Shown here in pieces: positions 51,834-63,270 of a stretch of 64,000 nucleotides of DNA. Position 1 is the first letter of the stretch, and each line of letters begins with the position of its first letter. Source of the stretch: Candidatus Latescibacterota bacterium (GTDB taxonomy: Bacteria; Latescibacterota; UBA2968; UBA8231); contig OZ242214.1 of the NCBI GenBank assembly GCA_965206595.1, positions 4,448,001 to 4,512,000 of the forward strand, written 5' to 3'. Position numbers and translations under genes: made by a program. The notes under the pieces are model-generated. The model made no database searches. It had not been told where the DNA came from and was given only the letters and a program-made list of their open reading frames with translations.

Positions 51834-51993
51834 TCAGAGTCCCCGCTCAGCGCCGGGTCGCAAGGGAAAGGGGCGGAAAGAGGCCGCGCCTGCAGGAGGA
51901 GGTGGCCCCCCCGGGACGCGACCCGCCCGAGAGCGCGCCGGTCATAAGGAAGAATCCGGAAAATCCGGGCTGCCGAGGCTTTCTGGAGGACCG

Positions 51994-53151
51994 CTAAAGG
52001 GCCGCTGCCCGCGCCCGCGTAGAAGCGCTCTCAGGTCGGCGCGACGCCTCGCGAATGCACTCGCACAGCAGCGGAATGCCTTCGCGGATTTCCGCCCTGG
52101 AGGTGTAGCCGAAAGCGAGACGGATGTTGGGCACCTCGACGTTGCGCACGTGGAAGCCGGCCCCGGCGGCGTAGCGCACTCCCCGTTCCGCGGCGAGATC
52201 TTCGAGCTTTCTCAGATCGACCCCTTCGGGAAGCGTCACCCAGACGAACAGCCCCCCGACCGGACGCGACCAGGTGCAGATGTCGCCGACGCCGCGCTCG
52301 AGCTCCTCGAACAGGGCCTCGCGCTTCTCCTTCAGGGCGGCGTTGGTGCGCGCGCAGTGATCCCACAGTCTGCCGCGGAAGTACTCGGCGAGGATGGCGG
52401 CGGCCAGCAGGCTGTTGCCGCCGTCGTAGCGGCGGTCGAGAATGCGCCCGAGCAGCGGGGGCGGCGCCATGAAGTAGCCGAGGCGGACGCCGGGGCCGAA
52501 AATCTTCGACAGCGAGCAGATGTAGACCTGGTTGGGGCCGTTGTCGAGGGCGTACAGGGACGGCTCCTTCTCCCCCTCGAAATGGACGTCGGCGTAACAG
52601 TTGTCCTCGACGACGATGCAGTCGAAACGCCGCGCCACTTCGAGGAGCTCGAGGCGGCGGGCACGCGGCATCACCGAGCCGGTCGGGTTCTGGTAGGTGG
52701 CGAGGGTGTAGATGAACCGCGGCGGGGTCCCCTGATCGTGGAGGCGCAGGAGGGTCTCATCGAGAGCGTCGACGCGCATGCCGTGGTCGTCGAGCGGCAC
52801 CCCCACCATCTCGATGCCGAGTCTGCGGTACGCGGCTATGGTTCCGCTGTAGGTCAGTTCCTCGGTGACGACGATGTCCTCCTTCCCTTTCATCAGGGCC
52901 TCCGCCACCAGGGTCACCGCCTGCATCGAGCCGTTGGTGAGGGCGATGCTGTCAGGCGAAACCTCGATTCCCTCGCGGTCCGATTCCCTCCGGGCCATGA
53001 CCTCCCGCAGCCCTGCGTGACCGAGGTCTCCCGGGTAGCGGACGAAGGCTTCGCCGACCGACGGGATCGCCGCGGCGGCCGCCCGGGCCAGCGCCTCGAC
53101 CGGGAACGTCGCCGGATTAGTGCAGCCACTGGCGAATTCGTACTCATGCAT
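51994..53151 (-). CDS. PLP-dependent aminotransferase class I/II
   Basis: YQNPTG, EDNCY, SLSKIFGPGVRLG. Confidence 0.88.
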   Translation of the reverse strand: MHEYEFASGCTNPATFPVEALARAAAAAIPSVGEAFVRYPGDLGHAGLREVMARRESDREGIEVSPDSIALTNGSMQAVTLVAEALMKGKEDIVVTEELTYSGTIAAYRRLGIEMVGVPLDDHGMRVDALDETLLRLHDQGTPPRFIYTLATYQNPTGSVMPRARRLELLEVARRFDCIVVEDNCYADVHFEGEKEPSLYALDNGPNQVYICSLSKIFGPGVRLGYFMAPPPLLGRILDRRYDGGNSLLAAAILAEYFRGRLWDHCARTNAALKEKREALFEELERGVGDICTWSRPVGGLFVWVTLPEGVDLRKLEDLAAERGVRYAAGAGFHVRNVEVPNIRLAFGYTSRAEIREGIPLLCECIREASRRPESASTRARAAAL

Positions 53152-53167
53152 CTTGTCTCCTTCTCCT

Positions 53168-54205
53168 TTATACGGGAACGCGCTTCAATCCCGGATTTTC
53201 CGTAATCCCCGGCCCGCGGCCGAGCTTGGCGACCGGAAGGCCGTCCACCTCCTTGAGGTCCATGGTGAAGTCGACGGCCGGAGCGGCGCTGATGGCGCTG
53301 CCGACCCCGAAGGCGTCGACAGGTGCCCCCGCCTCGACGAAATATCGGATGCGCTCCGCGTCGATGCCGCCCGAGGCGACGATTCTGACGTGCCGGTGCC
53401 CCGCCGCGTCCAGCCGCCGGCGGGTCTCGGCGACCAGCTCCGCGGTGACCCCGCCCCTTTCGCTCGCGGTATCGAGGCGCACCCCCCAGAGCCGCTCTTT
53501 CAGAGCCCCGGCGACCCGCACGCTCTCCTCGGGTTCGGGGAGGAAGGTGTCGACGAGGGCGATGCGCTCGACGTCCGCCTCGATCACCCGGTCGAACATC
53601 CGCGTCGCCTCCAGGGTGTCGCCGACGACGAGGATCAAGGCGTGCGGCAGGGTACCGCTCGGCTTCCTGCCCGCCAGCCGTCCACCGGCCGTGGTCGCGC
53701 AACCGCTGCAGCCGCCTACGCAGGCGGCGTACTCCATGCGGCTGCTGACGTCGGGATGCAGGTGGCGGGCCCCGAAGCTGATCACCGGGATGCCCTCCGC
53801 GGCCTCGACGCATGCAGCGGCCGCGGTCGCCCAGCCGGTGCCGCTGCTGAGCATGCCGAGCAGAGCGGTTTCGTAGAGACAGAACCGGCGGTACGGGGCG
53901 CGCACCCGGAGAACCACCTCCTTCGGCTCGAAACAGCTGCCCTCCTCCAGGCTCCAGACCTCCCCTTCCCCGGCCAGGGCCTCGCGTAGCAGGGCGTGCG
54001 CCTCGCGCATGCCGCACAGCAGGGCGCACCGGCGGGCGAACACTTCCGCCGCCACCACGGGATCGAGCCCTTCGGCGTCGAGGATACGCGCGGTGCGCCG
54101 GAAGTAGACGTCGGCGTTCTCCCCCTCCAGCGTCGCCGCGCTCGGTGCGAACAGTTGCTCCGGGACCGGCTGCACGTGTTCAGACGCGATTAGTGACCCG
54201 GGCAC
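53168..54205 (-). CDS. pncB: Nicotinate phosphoribosyltransferase
   Basis: ADVYF, SFGARH, GTLPHAL, GVRLDT, ASGG, FGVG; true start may be GTG 54175. Confidence 0.85.
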   Translation of the reverse strand: MPGSLIASEHVQPVPEQLFAPSAATLEGENADVYFRRTARILDAEGLDPVVAAEVFARRCALLCGMREAHALLREALAGEGEVWSLEEGSCFEPKEVVLRVRAPYRRFCLYETALLGMLSSGTGWATAAAACVEAAEGIPVISFGARHLHPDVSSRMEYAACVGGCSGCATTAGGRLAGRKPSGTLPHALILVVGDTLEATRMFDRVIEADVERIALVDTFLPEPEESVRVAGALKERLWGVRLDTASERGGVTAELVAETRRRLDAAGHRHVRIVASGGIDAERIRYFVEAGAPVDAFGVGSAISAAPAVDFTMDLKEVDGLPVAKLGRGPGITENPGLKRVPV

Positions 54206-54710
54206 CGAGGATCCTCTCCATGTGCCCGAGGGCCCACTCGTGCTGCCCCGGGTCGAAGCTCGCGACGCAGTCCGCCGGAACCTCCACCTTGTAGTCGCGG
54301 TTGCGCAGTCCGGAAACGGTGTGCAGCACGCAGATGTCGGTGCAGTCCCCCACGACGACCACCTCCTCCGGCTGCAGTTCCTGCAGCTGCACCGCCAGGT
54401 CGGTCTCGAAGAAAGCGGAGTAGCGGCGCTTGCGGACGATGCGGGCCCCCGCTGCGAGGTCGGCCAGCTCGGGGATGATCTCCTCCTCGCCGGAACCCTC
54501 GACGCAATGCGGGGGAAACATCTCGAACTCGGCGTCGTCTGGCGCGTGCGTGTCCTGGGTGAAGAAGACCGCAGCCCCGGCGGCTTTTTCCCGCTCGACG
54601 CGGGTGCGCAGGGGGGCGATGATCTCGCGGGCGCCGTCGCCGCAGTAGAGCATGCCGCCGGGTGTCATGAAGCCGTTCTGCATGTCGACCACGATCACTG
54701 CTCTGGCCAT
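54180..54710 (-). CDS. pncA: Nicotinamidase/isochorismatase family cysteine hydrolase
   Basis: VVDMQNGF, DTH, FPPHC, KRRYSAF, GDCTDICV; adjacent to pncB. Confidence 0.8.
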   Translation of the reverse strand: MARAVIVVDMQNGFMTPGGMLYCGDGAREIIAPLRTRVEREKAAGAAVFFTQDTHAPDDAEFEMFPPHCVEGSGEEEIIPELADLAAGARIVRKRRYSAFFETDLAVQLQELQPEEVVVVGDCTDICVLHTVSGLRNRDYKVEVPADCVASFDPGQHEWALGHMERILGARVTNRV

Positions 54711-54788
54711 TTTGCCCACCTCCGTGAGATCGGTGACTGGCCGGACTATCAGCGAGAATATACGGGCCCCGGGGCGTCGAGACCCGGG

Positions 54789-56778
54789 TCACCCATGCAG
54801 AATCGCGTGACCCTTGCCGAAAAACCAGGCCAGATCGATCCCGTACGAAATGCCGACGCCCAGGTAGAAGCCGACGATCAGGCCGATGAAGAAGGGGCGC
54901 AGGTCCCGGTACAGGGTGATCCCCCCCGTTCTCATGACGACCACCTTGCAAGCCCAGGCGATGAACACCGCGGTCCAGATCAGCCGCATGTTCCAGAGCG
55001 AGGCCATGGTCAGGCCGATCGGGTGCAGCGGCCACCAGGAAAACCGGTACTGGCAGACGGACAGGACCGAGTACACCAGGGCTCCGCCCCCGAACAGGGA
55101 GAGCTTGGTCCAGTCCGTGGTCTCCGGGTCGCCGAGACGGCGCGTCACCTCGTCGAAGGCGCGGCCCCCTGCCCCTGCCCCGGGGTCGAAGAACCAGGAG
55201 CGGAAGTTGCCGGCCCCGTGCTTAGCAGATGACCAGCAGGAAGTAGATGCTGACAGCGAACCCGACGGCGACGGCGATGGCGATGGCGATGGCCAGCCGC
55301 CTCTGGTGGCGTCCGAGCTCGTTGAGACGGGCCCCGTGGGCGGCCGCGGTCATGAAGATCGACTGGATGTCGCTGGCCCAGGAGTACGACAGGGCGATCC
55401 CGACCAGGGCGTGCGGATTGACGTCGGTCCCCGTGATCGCCGTGGTCAGCGCCTGGGGACTGAAGGTCGCGGTGATGTAGAGCACCCCCGACTGGATCGC
55501 CAGACGGGTCAGGCCGACGTAGACGATCATCACCGAGGCCAGCAGCAGCACCGCGATGTAGAGATCGATCCCCGATTTCCAGAACCAGGCGAGGATGTAC
55601 ACGGCCGCGGCGATGCCCCCGATCACGGCGAGGCGGTAGGAGCACATCTCCCGGGAGTCGTCGAGCTCGCCGGTGCGCCGGAAGACCGAGCGCAGCACCG
55701 AGCGCAGGTGACTGCGCGCCATCCAGAAGCTCCAGCTCCAGACCACCATCGCGGCGAAGGCGCCGCCGCACTGCCAGGACAGGGCCTGTGTCGGGCTGTA
55801 GATGTATGCGTCCGGGGTGACCGTCAGCCCCGCCCAGTTGGCGACCGCGGCCTCGGCGGTCAGCAGGAGATAGAAGAACCAGACACTGAACGAAATCGGC
55901 GTGGCGATCAGGTAGACGAAGCCGACGACCGGGAAGTACATGCGCAGGAGGATGTCCGGCGCCCCGGGAAACAGCGAGAAGGAGATGCCGCGGTGGACGT
56001 CGAGCTGCGGGAATCCGGGATGCCAGAAGCTGATGGCGTTGAAGAGGATGACCCCCAGCGGCACGGCGCAGCCGATCCAGAAGGCGCGTGAGTTGAGGAT
56101 GGGGGGCAGGCTGCTGCCCGGCTGGTCCTCGGCGAGCAGGCGCGGAACCTCGGTTACGGGAAACACCAGGCGCTCGTTGTCCACCCACTGCCGGCGCAGG
56201 ACGACGACGACGCAGAAGCTGAGGAAGTAGACGGCGAAGATGATGCTCAGCCACCATGCCAGCGGTCCCAGCCAGGCATCGAACGGCACCGGCATGCCGC
56301 GCGGGGAGCCCTCGTAGAAGTAGCGCATGGCGTCGTTGTCCGGGCTGGGGATGATCCACTCCGGCAGGTACGGCTGCAGGTACACCGCCCATTGGTTCTC
56401 CGGGGTGGCCCCGTAATACGGCTTGGAGGGAATCGACAGCAGGGTTCCGACGATGAAAATCGGGATGCCGCTGGTGACCAAGCCCATGGTGACGATGGTG
56501 ATCAGCTCCGGCGTCTGCAGGGCCCAGGAGCGTTTCAGCTTCTTGACGAGGCCGTTGGCCAGGACGATGGCGATGAAGGAGAAGCCGACGCTTACCGGGA
56601 AGAACGACCAGGTGACCTCCGAAGAGCCGACCATCCAGATGGAAGTGGGGGCGCCTATGCAGATGAGGAGCACGACGCAGAGCCCGAGAATTGCGGAGCG
56701 GAGCGTCAGGCCGGAACGGAGACTGGGCGATGCTGCCGGCGCGGCCGTGTCTGTCGATGAGGAGGAAACCGATTCCAT
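54789..56778 (-). pseudogene. DUF6785/DUF6784-like multi-TM protein, frameshift near 55222
   Basis: RRQWVDNERLVFP in ORF 55222..56964; WWPLHPIG...PFFIGLIVG in ORF 54789..55148. Confidence 0.7.
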
Positions 56779-57131
56779 TGGACGTGAGCACTTCCCGGGG
56801 AAGCGGGGTACCAAAGCCATACCCGGGGTTGTCCGCAAATGGGCGAAGCCGTGGAGGATACCCGGGCAATGGGGATGTCGAGGGCTTGCGCCGGCACAGG
56901 GGTGCGTCAGGACGAGTCGGGCTGGAACCCGAGATCGCCAGGCCTGCCCCGGACTCGAGCGCAATCGCTGGCCAGCAGATAGCGTCGGGTCGAATTCTCC
57001 GGTCTCGCCGTCTGCGGCCGGGCCCCGCGTCCGGCGGAACCGCCCCCCTTGTGATCCCCCGGCAAAGTGGCATCATAGTAGCCGAGAAGGATGACGCGCA
57101 CCCAACGCCTGGTTGCAGAAGGAGATTCCCC

Positions 57132-58136
57132 GTGAAAATCACCGCGGTGGAGCTGTACGAAGTCGAGATTCCTCCGATCCCGCCGATCGCCCGCTATTTT
57201 CCCAAGATCTACGACATCACCCTCTGCCGCGTGCGGACGGACGAGGGCCTGGAGGGTTGGGGGGAGTTCCAGGGGAAAAAGCCTGCTGGTCAAGAGCAGG
57301 CCGAGGCTCTCGTGGGCAAGGATCCGCTGGCCCTGGATCCGCACGGCCGTGCGGACGCCTTCACCTGCGCGCTGCTCGACATTGCGGGGCAGGCCTGGGG
57401 CATTCCGCTGCACCGCTTCTTCGGGGCGCAGGTGCGCGACAAGGTGCCGGTTTCGTACTGGTCGTGCCCCATGGCGCCGGAAGAGACCGCGGCCGAGGCG
57501 GAAACAGGGGCCAGGCTGGGCTTCAGGAACCACAAGCTCAAGGCGCGCTCGTGGAATGTCGTCGAGACGGTGCGGCTGATGAAGGAAGCGGCGGGGGCAG
57601 ACTACACGGTCGGCATCGATCCCAATACCGAATTCGCCCTGCTGCCCGGGGCCGCGCGCCTGGCGAGCGAATTGGAACCTTTCGGCACGGTATCGGTATT
57701 TGAAGATCCCATGCTGAAGAACAACCTCGAATGGTACCGCATCCTGCGCGAGAAGACCCACATTCCCATCGCCCTGCACCTGGGATCGCCGCCCGACGTG
57801 CTGGCAGCGCTGAAGGCGGAGTGCATCGACTACGTCAACCTGAGCGGCCCGGCGCTGCAGGTGCGACAGGCCGCGGCGCTCGCTGAGGCTGCGAACGTGC
57901 CCTGCTGGATCCAGATGGGAGGGTTGTGCACCGGGGTGATGGCCGCCTACTCGGTGCATCTGCAGGCGACGCTGTCCAACGCCACGCTGCCCTGCGACGA
58001 GCTGCCCTTTACGCGGGAAGCCGATGTATTGGCAGAGGGGCTGGCGCTCGAGAAGGGGCACTTCACCGTGCCCGCAGGGCCGGGCCTGGGAATCAAAGTG
58101 GATATGGAGGTTGTCGAGCGCTACCGAGTCGGCTGA
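57132..58136 (+). CDS. Mandelate racemase/muconate lactonizing enzyme family
   Basis: GTG after AGGAG; KLK, IDPN, EDP, GPGLGI. Confidence 0.85.
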   Translation: MKITAVELYEVEIPPIPPIARYFPKIYDITLCRVRTDEGLEGWGEFQGKKPAGQEQAEALVGKDPLALDPHGRADAFTCALLDIAGQAWGIPLHRFFGAQVRDKVPVSYWSCPMAPEETAAEAETGARLGFRNHKLKARSWNVVETVRLMKEAAGADYTVGIDPNTEFALLPGAARLASELEPFGTVSVFEDPMLKNNLEWYRILREKTHIPIALHLGSPPDVLAALKAECIDYVNLSGPALQVRQAAALAEAANVPCWIQMGGLCTGVMAAYSVHLQATLSNATLPCDELPFTREADVLAEGLALEKGHFTVPAGPGLGIKVDMEVVERYRVG

Positions 58137-58165
58137 AAGAAGGTAGCAGAACTGGAGTAGGAAAC

Positions 58166-58657
58166 GTGGGCTTCAAAGGCTTCGAACTGCCCCATCAAAA
58201 TCCATGCTTTTTCTGTGAGGTGGTTCGCAATGGGCAACCTCATGACTTCGTCTGCGAAACAGACACCTTGCTCGTCCGGGTGAACGGCCGTCAATTCCTG
58301 GAGGGGCAGTGCGTGGTGATCCCGAGGAGACATGCAGCAACCGTATTCGACATTACAGACGCGGAACTCGTTGCCATCGCACAAACCAGCCGGTGTGTGG
58401 GCAAAGCAATTGCGAAGGCTGTCGGCGCCGATGGGTTGTTGATTTACCAGAACAACGGCGTTGCCAGCGGACAGGAGGTGCCTCACTACCACCTGCACGT
58501 GGTGCCCCAGTGGAAGGCTGACAGTCCTGTCGGGAAGTTTCCTCCCCACATAGCGCGAGCAGAGAACCTGGGATTCGAAAAGGTCCGACCCATTATCTTG
58601 AACACCGGCCAGATCCGCGAGATGTCAGCCCGGATCCGATCGCATCTGGAAATCTGA
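58166..58657 (+). CDS. HIT family protein
   Basis: CFFC, GQEVPHYHLHVVP. Confidence 0.88.
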   Translation: MGFKGFELPHQNPCFFCEVVRNGQPHDFVCETDTLLVRVNGRQFLEGQCVVIPRRHAATVFDITDAELVAIAQTSRCVGKAIAKAVGADGLLIYQNNGVASGQEVPHYHLHVVPQWKADSPVGKFPPHIARAENLGFEKVRPIILNTGQIREMSARIRSHLEI

Positions 58658-58854
58658 TTTTCGGTTTTGCACACGACAAACGCCGACCCCCAACCCAAGT
58701 CTGCCCGAGAGGCCCGGACCCTTCAGGAGATAGCTTCTTGTGTGCTTTGGCTCCGTGAAAGTCTGGGTCCTGGAAACCAATCAAAGGGCCAGAACCTCCT
58801 AAGAGAAATGAGTATTTCACAACTTTCACAAAAACATCCTGACAGGGAGATACC

Positions 58855-59454
58855 ATGCGCGTGGCAATAATCGGCGCGGACCGCCCCTGGGGAGCGCTGC
58901 TGGCGGCGGACTTGGGCACCGGCTTTGAATCAGTGGCCATCGGCGCAGCAGACACCAGCGACCTTGCCGACTACCGGCAGGTCGACCTGCTCCAGCGGGA
59001 GGCGGTAGACGCGGCGCTGGCAGGCGTAGAGGCCATCGTTCACGCGGCAGGCGGCGATCCGGCCGGCGGCGACGAACAGGCCCTGCTCGACACGGCGGCG
59101 CGGGGTACCTACGTGGCGCTGACCGCGGCCTGTGCCGCCGGTATTGAGAAAGCAGTGCTGCTGAGCTGTCTCGATCTGGTGCGGGACTACCCGGAGGAAT
59201 ACCTGGTCGATCCGCAGTGGAACTCCCTGCCGCGGGCCGAGGCCGTGGCGCTGGCACCGCTCATGGCCGAATTGGTCGGCCGCGAAATCGCGCGCACCGG
59301 AAAGATCGAGGTGCGCTGTCTGCGCCTCGGCAAGCTGGATGCCGAGACCACGGCCGGCGACGCCACGGCAGCCGTGCGCCAGGCCCTTGTTGGCGAGCGC
59401 GAAGGGCACCACTGGTCGCTGACCTACGTAGCGTCGAGAGGGCGCTTCGCCTGA
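58855..59454 (+). CDS. NAD(P)-binding epimerase-like protein
   Basis: Degenerate Rossmann N-terminus; GVEAIVHAA. Confidence 0.65.
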   Translation: MRVAIIGADRPWGALLAADLGTGFESVAIGAADTSDLADYRQVDLLQREAVDAALAGVEAIVHAAGGDPAGGDEQALLDTAARGTYVALTAACAAGIEKAVLLSCLDLVRDYPEEYLVDPQWNSLPRAEAVALAPLMAELVGREIARTGKIEVRCLRLGKLDAETTAGDATAAVRQALVGEREGHHWSLTYVASRGRFA

Positions 59455-59464
59455 AGGGACATTC

Positions 59465-60262
59465 ATGGCAACGGTGAACGAAGGAAAAGTGGTGTTGTTC
59501 GGGGCCGGCGGCCCGGTCGGCGCGTCGGCGATCTCCGCGCTCAAAGCCCACTACAGGTTGCGGGTTACCGATCTCCGGCCGATGACGGAAGTCGCGGCCG
59601 CGCCGCCGCAGAATCCCAGCGCGCCGATCCCGGAACTGTTGGGACCGCCGCACGAAAACCGGGCCGTCGATATCACCGATTACGCCCAGGTGCTGGCCGC
59701 CTGCGACGGCATGGACGCGGCGATCAATGTGTCCGTCGTCCGGCCGCATCCGGTGCTGGCCTTCCAGGTCAACATGGTCGGAGCCTACAACGTCGCCAAA
59801 GCCTGCGTCGCCTGCGGGATTAAAAGGCTGATCCACACCGGGCCTTTTCACACTTCCCTCGGCCACAATGCCGACTACTGGAACGATTTCCAGGTGGAAG
59901 CCGACATCCCGCTCCATCCAGGGGACGACCTCTACGCGCTGAGCAAGTATCTCGGGGGGAACATCACGCGCGTCTTTGCCGAGCGCCAAGGCCTGGAAGT
60001 GCTCTCCTTCGTCTATACCCATTTCCGCCCACGGGAAGTGCTGCCCGAAGAACAAGGTCGCGGCGTGCATCCGTACACGACCTCGTGGGAGGACACCGGG
60101 GAGGCGTTCCTGTACGGGTTGCGGGCCCCGGAGATGCCGTCGACGTACGAGAATTTCTTCATCTGCGCGCGCCTGCCGCACGACAAGTACCGGCCCGACA
60201 AGGCCAGACGGCTTCTGGGATGGGAAGCCGGCGACAGGTTCGAGGCTCTGTACCGGCGATGA
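59465..60262 (+). CDS. NAD-dependent epimerase/dehydratase (uronate dehydrogenase-like)
   Basis: GAGGPVG, VNMVGAYNV, YALSK. Confidence 0.8.
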   Translation: MATVNEGKVVLFGAGGPVGASAISALKAHYRLRVTDLRPMTEVAAAPPQNPSAPIPELLGPPHENRAVDITDYAQVLAACDGMDAAINVSVVRPHPVLAFQVNMVGAYNVAKACVACGIKRLIHTGPFHTSLGHNADYWNDFQVEADIPLHPGDDLYALSKYLGGNITRVFAERQGLEVLSFVYTHFRPREVLPEEQGRGVHPYTTSWEDTGEAFLYGLRAPEMPSTYENFFICARLPHDKYRPDKARRLLGWEAGDRFEALYRR

Positions 60263-60429
60263 TGTTTGGATACCGGCGCCTGCCGGCATAAATCAGCGTA
60301 CGAACGCGGGCGCCCAGGCACTGTATCTGGAAGAAGCTCCCTGCGATGTGCCGGGTCTGACGCCTCCCGCCGAAAACCCCTTCCGGCATTCCCTGAGGTA
60401 GAGCAGCCGCCGCGTCTGCACTCCTCCGG

Positions 60430-62171
60430 GGTATTGGTGGTGCTGTTGAAGGGATTGGGGGCATTGGGCTTCAGGCCGCTGACAAGCGGCTCTTCCGGCG
60501 CCGCAGCTCGCTTGGCCGCGGGCTGGCGTTCGGCCGCCAATACCCGCATCCCGCCGCCCAGGGTCAGCTCGAGCACATGGCGCCTTCCGCGGTTGAGGGG
60601 GATGCTGTGCCACTGCCCCACGACATCGCCCTCCGCGGTGCGGGCCCGGGCCTGGAAATAGCCGCTGACCAGGTTCGCACCGGTTATGGTCAGGGACACC
60701 CGGCCAGCGGCATCGGTAACGCCGCTCCAGGCGTAGTCGCGCGGACGCCCGGCGATGGCGCGGGAAAACTCGACGGTCAGGCCCTCGACGGAATCGCCGA
60801 GAACGGTGGCTTCCACTCCTGTGAAGACGGGGTCGGTCACCGCAATCGTTGCGGCAGCGAGTTCCTCGCCATCGTGAAGGGCCGTCACGACGATCGTCTC
60901 GCCCGGTTCGTTCAAGGCGTCGCCAGAGACCGTGAGGGTCAACTGCGTCGAGCCGACCGTGGCCTCGGCAGGTATTGTGATGCTCATCTCCCCGCTCACG
61001 CTGTAGTCGTCGCCGGCGGCCGTGCCCGACAGGGACAGAGGGATCATCGTCGACACCGGCAAAATCTCGCTGGTCTGGGTAGCCGTCGCGGTCACGGTCT
61101 GAGCGCCGCCGCCTTCGGTCAGCGACTCAGGATCGACCGACAGGGTGATTTCCGGTACGTGGTCGGACAAATCGAAGTAGATCCCGGCGCCGAAAACAAT
61201 CTCGCGACAAAGGATTCGGCGTAACTCAACTTGGGCGAGCCGATGTCTTCGTCCCCCGTCAACACGGGATCGTCGTAGTGGTACTCGACAAAGCCGCCCC
61301 CCGCTTGGGCCGCTTCAATCAGGAGCTGGACGAACCTGACCCCGTTTACATCCTCCAGATCCAGCTGATTCCGGGCTTCGAGCGAACGATCGGCTCCGTG
61401 AAAAACCACGTCTCCGTTGGTGTTGTAGATGAAGAGGTAGATATGTTCATGCCGCCAATCTCCCCCTTCTGCTCTGAAGGCGTTCAGGATCTCCGAATAG
61501 CGGCCGGTTCCATGTTCCCGCAACGCGGTGACATAGCCCCCGACCGCCCCCCTTACGAAAGCCTTGAGGGATTCGCGGTCGGTAACGTCGGCGGCCGTCA
61601 CCTCCGGATGGGGAATGAGCGAGTCGTCGTGCCCTGGCGGTTCGATACCCGATACATTCTGAAAAAAGCCACCTATGAGAATGATCGTGTTTCCGTATCC
61701 CCTGCCGACGAAGCTGGTAGCGTAGGCTATCTTGGCGGTGTCTTGGTCGCCTTTCTGCGCCGGGGCGTCCCAGAAGGACTCGACGTGGCCACCGCCCATT
61801 TCCGCAGCCGCGATGAGGTCCTGAACAACCGCATACCCACGGTCGTCTGCGAGCGCGGAAAGGTCCTTTCCTCCCGCATCCTCATCGCCGGCGTGAAACA
61901 GAACGGTCCCTTCCTGGCTCAATAGAATGAGATACGTGTTGCCGTGCTTCCAGTCTCCTTCTACCGCAGTACTGGCGAGAAACGGTGCCAGCAGTTGGCC
62001 CCGACGCGTTAATGGCCTCTATGCGTTCTTTCGCACCTTCCACGAAGTCTTGCAGTGTTTCCGCATCCACCACCTCGCCAGCGGTTGTCTCCGGCGATTG
62101 GGCCCGGCGGGATGCGCGGCGGGGAAGAGGCTGGCCAGCCCCATAATGAGTACTGCGGTCCGATGCTTCAC
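60430..62171 (-). pseudogene. Secreted Cache-domain/Ig-like protein with truncated FlgD/T9SS-like tail, several frameshifts
   Basis: AGGAGG+GTG 62171; DLEDVNGVRFV...GGGFVEY..PKLSYA (Cache); ends in PNAPNPFNSTT. Confidence 0.65.
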
Positions 62172-62243
62172 AGCGGCCTCCTCCTTTTTGAGATGTTGAA
62201 GGATACTTGGAAAAAAATACCGCGGACTCGGCTCCTCCGGACG

Positions 62244-62791
62244 TCACACGAAACCCGCTGCCTCCGGATCGATGATGTCGCTCCAGCCGTAGGACACCTC
62301 CACGAGGTCAACTCCGCCGATGGCGATCGTCTTCCGCCCGATCGGCTCAGCTCCAAGCGATTCGTAGAACCTGCAGGCGGGATGGTTGTCCTTCAGCACC
62401 CACACCAACATCGAAGCGATTCCGTCCGCGGCAAGCCGGTGGGCAACAGCTTCCACAAGACGACGACCGACACCTTGCCGCTGATACTCGTCCAGGAGGT
62501 AGATGGCGTAGAGTTCCCCTTGGTAGTTCGGATTGCCTTCCCGCTCCGGACCTCCTCCCGCGAACCCGACGATTCCGCCTGCGCCGGTCTCCGCAACCAG
62601 GTTGTGCCGAGCCTGGCCTTTTGTGAGTATCTCCTTCCACCTCGATTCCCTCTCCCCGTACGAGAGGCTATCCAGGTGCCCGGCCGGCACGATGCCTGGA
62701 GGACGGCATATGCCGTCCTCCAGGCATCGACGTGAACCCTCGCCATGGGACCGGCGTCTGCCGGGTTGGCCCCCCTGATTCGTACCTCCAT
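62244..62791 (-). pseudogene. GNAT acetyltransferase frameshifted by an 8-nt palindrome-forming insertion
   Basis: MEVRIRGANPADA...VDAWRTAYA then IVPAGHL...ELYAIYL...QRQGVG...FYESLG in another frame. Confidence 0.8.
62690..62729. repeat. Perfect 40-bp palindrome
   Basis: CGATGCCTGGAGGACGGCAT|ATGCCGTCCTCCAGGCATCG. Confidence 0.95.
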
Positions 62792-63270
62792 ACTTTTATC
62801 CATGTGCCGGGGCATACTACCAAGCCCCTTGAAGAGGAAACCCAAGACCCATCGAAACGACCACACCGGACACGAAAGGTCGGGTACAATACCGCAACTT
62901 TCTTCATAACGGCATTCCGCGTGTGTGAAGCGGATGATCTGCTAGACGACATTACCGCCTTGAGGAACCGAATGTCGGAGGACGGCTATCTCCTGCTCCG
63001 GCGTACCCATTCAGTCCCCTGGCTGATGGGACCGGGGGGTGTGGGCAGCTTATCCTGCTGAACGACGGAGTGGATCGGGAGCAAGCGAGGGAACCGGCTG
63101 CTTCCGCACGGCGGCGGTGGCGGGTTATCATGAAGGAGGGCCACACGATGGCCGCACCGGACAGAATCCACAGACACGGGGAACTACGGGATAGCGGCTG
63201 CGTACACCGCGGCAGGTGCCGCGCGCTAGCTGCAAATCCCGTTCCCACCCTTTTGGACCTGGAGCGCTTG

